Part shown: positions 62,090 through 64,000 of the stretch, piece after piece
Position numbering within the stretch: the stretch's first letter is position 1
Layout of the letters: every line of letters starts with the position of its first letter
NCBI GenBank assembly: GCA_044356455.1
Contig: JBIKWF010000007.1
Location: 1-64,000, forward strand
From: Bdellovibrionota bacterium
GTDB taxonomy: Bacteria; Bdellovibrionota_C; UBA2361; JBGSMV01
Length of the DNA stretch: 64,000 bases
Direction of reading: 5' to 3'
Position numbers and translations under genes: made by a program
Notes under the pieces: generated by a model
Told to the model about the DNA's origin: nothing
Database searches by the model: none
What the model saw: the letters and a program-made list of their open reading frames with translations, nothing else

Positions 62090-63856
62090 TTAATCCATTG
62101 TTGCCGTAATTTCTCGCACTTGGAAGCGAGAAGATTCTCGGGAGGGAGACGCGGGATTGGACCACGCCAGCCAGAAGAGTTGAGGTGTAGGCTGGGGTTC
62201 TAAGCGTGAGGGCGTCTGCTCGCAAAAAAGCAGGCGAAAGCCGCTGGGAGAGGTAGTAACCTTTCTCAAGACAAAGGACTCACGCTCCCTTTGCACAAGA
62301 ATAGAAGGAGGAGTCTTTTCGTGAGACTCAATAGCAATGGCGATGCATGGAGTTCGATAGAAGAAGAGTGGGGTGGCTCCCCGCGCTGTGCAGTCAGTTC
62401 CAAGGGCCCATCCCGACGCGAGGTGAATAATCCCGGGCAGCAATTCGCGAGGTGGGCACTCGTAACTCTTTGGTAAATTCGTAAGAGGCTCAGCGATGAG
62501 CTGGGTAGGCCCGGCTTGTGTGAGGCCGCTTTGAAATTCGTGCTCAGATCCCGTGAAGCCTTGAGTAGCCCACCAGCAGTGTAATGCAATCAGAGCGGTG
62601 AGGGCAGGGAGCCTTGCTGAAGGGTGTTGCATGAGGGTGAGGAGGAGGGAAAGCGCGGCGAGTGAGAATGCTGGGGCGAAATCTGCGCTGAACCTAGAGG
62701 CCAAGCTCGGGGAATGAAGATAAAATAAAAACTGCGCAGTACTGCATAGAAACGAGAGTACTCCAACTTTTGCCTCAAAGGGTAGAGGCTGGCGCATGGC
62801 GAAAGCTTTTCGCGCCGTCAGTCCCGTGTTGGTCCATGCCACCAACAGTATGACAAGCATCAACCAATCGTAGGAAAAAAAGTAGAGCTCTCGAAATCGG
62901 AGCGTGGTTGATTGACCAGCGAAAAAATGTTCTTTAAAAAAATCAAAGCCGTTGCTTGCGCCGCCGGCAAAGAAGAGAAAACCCAGGAGTTCTCGCGCTG
63001 CGCTTAGGAGCGACTCGTGAGAGAAGGGCGAGCCGAACTTGAGGGCAAGGTTTAGAAGCGGCTGGTCGGAAAGGCTAAGTCCGTGCCCAAATTCTAGCGC
63101 ATTTCCGAAACGGTAGTGGTTAGTGACGAGCCACGCGGCAGGGGAAAGAGAAAAGCCAACAATCCCGCACCAGCGCTCTTTCCAGGAGCGCGTTCGTAGC
63201 AAAGGTAGGAACAGGAGTGTTCCATAGAGTAGTAGCGTTGGTCTGAAGAAAACACTAAATCCGGAGCACAGGGCAAGAAGATAAAAATAGCTGGGCCTCG
63301 ATGCTCCTTTCCATGCCAGCCCAAGGCAAAGCCAGGTCCAAAAGTACCCCCAGGCGATGGCCTCCTCGTATACGAAAAATCGCCCCGCGAGGAGCCCGAT
63401 AAGGGGAGGCGATGAAAACATGAGCACCAGCAGCGCGCTAACAGCGCAAAGCCCTGGCATACGTTGACATCTCGTCGCCTGCCTGCCAGAGGCACTATGA
63501 AAGCCTGTTAAGGTAACTATGCCGCTTACCAGTGCCAGTAAGAAAAGTGCGAGTCGATCGGGAAAAGGGCTTGAGGTGAGTGAATTTGAAATCAGATCGA
63601 GAGGGAGGCGCATCAAGGGGACTCCGAGCCCCCAAATTTGCTGACCTTTCCCTTGGGACCATGCCCAATCGTGGGCAAGGAGCAGGGGCGAGTCTGTGAG
63701 AGCAAAGTGCCCAGCTGCAAGGCTGGCGCTCTGAATTCTGAAAGACGGCTCTATGGAATACCAATGTCCGTTAAGAGATAGGTTTCCCGTTCCAAAGAAA
63801 AGCAGGACAGCGAAGAGCAGTGCGAGCAGCGCCCCACGGGGACGAAATTGTGGCAT
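62090..63856 (-). CDS. Polytopic membrane protein, possibly GT-C-like
   Basis: Many TM helices; 'YEEAI', 'FFRPT', 'NHYRFGNALEFG' resemble GT-C-type membrane proteins. Confidence 0.6.
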   Translation of the reverse strand: MPQFRPRGALLALLFAVLLFFGTGNLSLNGHWYSIEPSFRIQSASLAAGHFALTDSPLLLAHDWAWSQGKGQQIWGLGVPLMRLPLDLISNSLTSSPFPDRLALFLLALVSGIVTLTGFHSASGRQATRCQRMPGLCAVSALLVLMFSSPPLIGLLAGRFFVYEEAIAWGYFWTWLCLGLAWKGASRPSYFYLLALCSGFSVFFRPTLLLYGTLLFLPLLRTRSWKERWCGIVGFSLSPAAWLVTNHYRFGNALEFGHGLSLSDQPLLNLALKFGSPFSHESLLSAARELLGFLFFAGGASNGFDFFKEHFFAGQSTTLRFRELYFFSYDWLMLVILLVAWTNTGLTARKAFAMRQPLPFEAKVGVLSFLCSTAQFLFYLHSPSLASRFSADFAPAFSLAALSLLLTLMQHPSARLPALTALIALHCWWATQGFTGSEHEFQSGLTQAGPTQLIAEPLTNLPKSYECPPRELLPGIIHLASGWALGTDCTARGATPLFFYRTPCIAIAIESHEKTPPSILVQRERESFVLRKVTTSPSGFRLLFCEQTPSRLEPQPTPQLFWLAWSNPASPSRESSRFQVREITATMD

Positions 63857-64000
63857 AGAGTACTCGATGCTTTAACCTTTGCGCAGATTTTCGTCTAGAA
63901 GTCTGTACCTTAGAAAATTCTTACCGCCCCGTGTCGCAGAGACTACGGGACACGGGCCTTGGAGGTTTTGATTCTCTTAGTTCTATTACTCTGCTAGGAT

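Overview
A 64-kb chromosomal window from a Gram-negative bacterium with a deltaproteobacterial/Bdellovibrionota-like gene order (inferred). The backbone is housekeeping: rnhA, pdxS/pdxT, tRNA-Glu, pcnB, kdsB, pyrG, kdsA, lptC-lptA, lptB-rpoN-hpf-rapZ, metK, trmB, tRNA-Gln, PMM/PGM, a SurA-like PPIase, an ECF sigma/anti-sigma pair and glpK. Accessory genes are interspersed: a four-gene minor-pilin cluster, glycosyltransferases, a tandem-domain Lrp, motA with two motB genes, a VapBC-type toxin-antitoxin pair, a degenerate FtsY paralog and a hybrid histidine kinase. The most striking unexplained structure is a family of about 12 intergenic elements of roughly 120-150 bp. Each has IS5-like terminal inverted repeats (GGAACCTCTGAAAAA...TTTTTCAGAGGTTCC) and YTAR flanks (a perfect 4-bp duplication in four copies). 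Inside is a long hairpin of 9-10-bp CTCTGTG-type units whose copy-specific substitutions are mirrored in both arms. Five copies begin or end exactly on a gene's TAG stop codon, and several sit at the points where the kdsB-pyrG-kdsA-lptCAB-rpoN operon is broken by extra genes. TIR-less relatives of the hairpin also occur. A candidate 6S RNA and two unannotated small genes were also found. No transposase, integrase, reverse transcriptase or CRISPR array is present. All family assignments come from motif recognition by eye; no searches were run.
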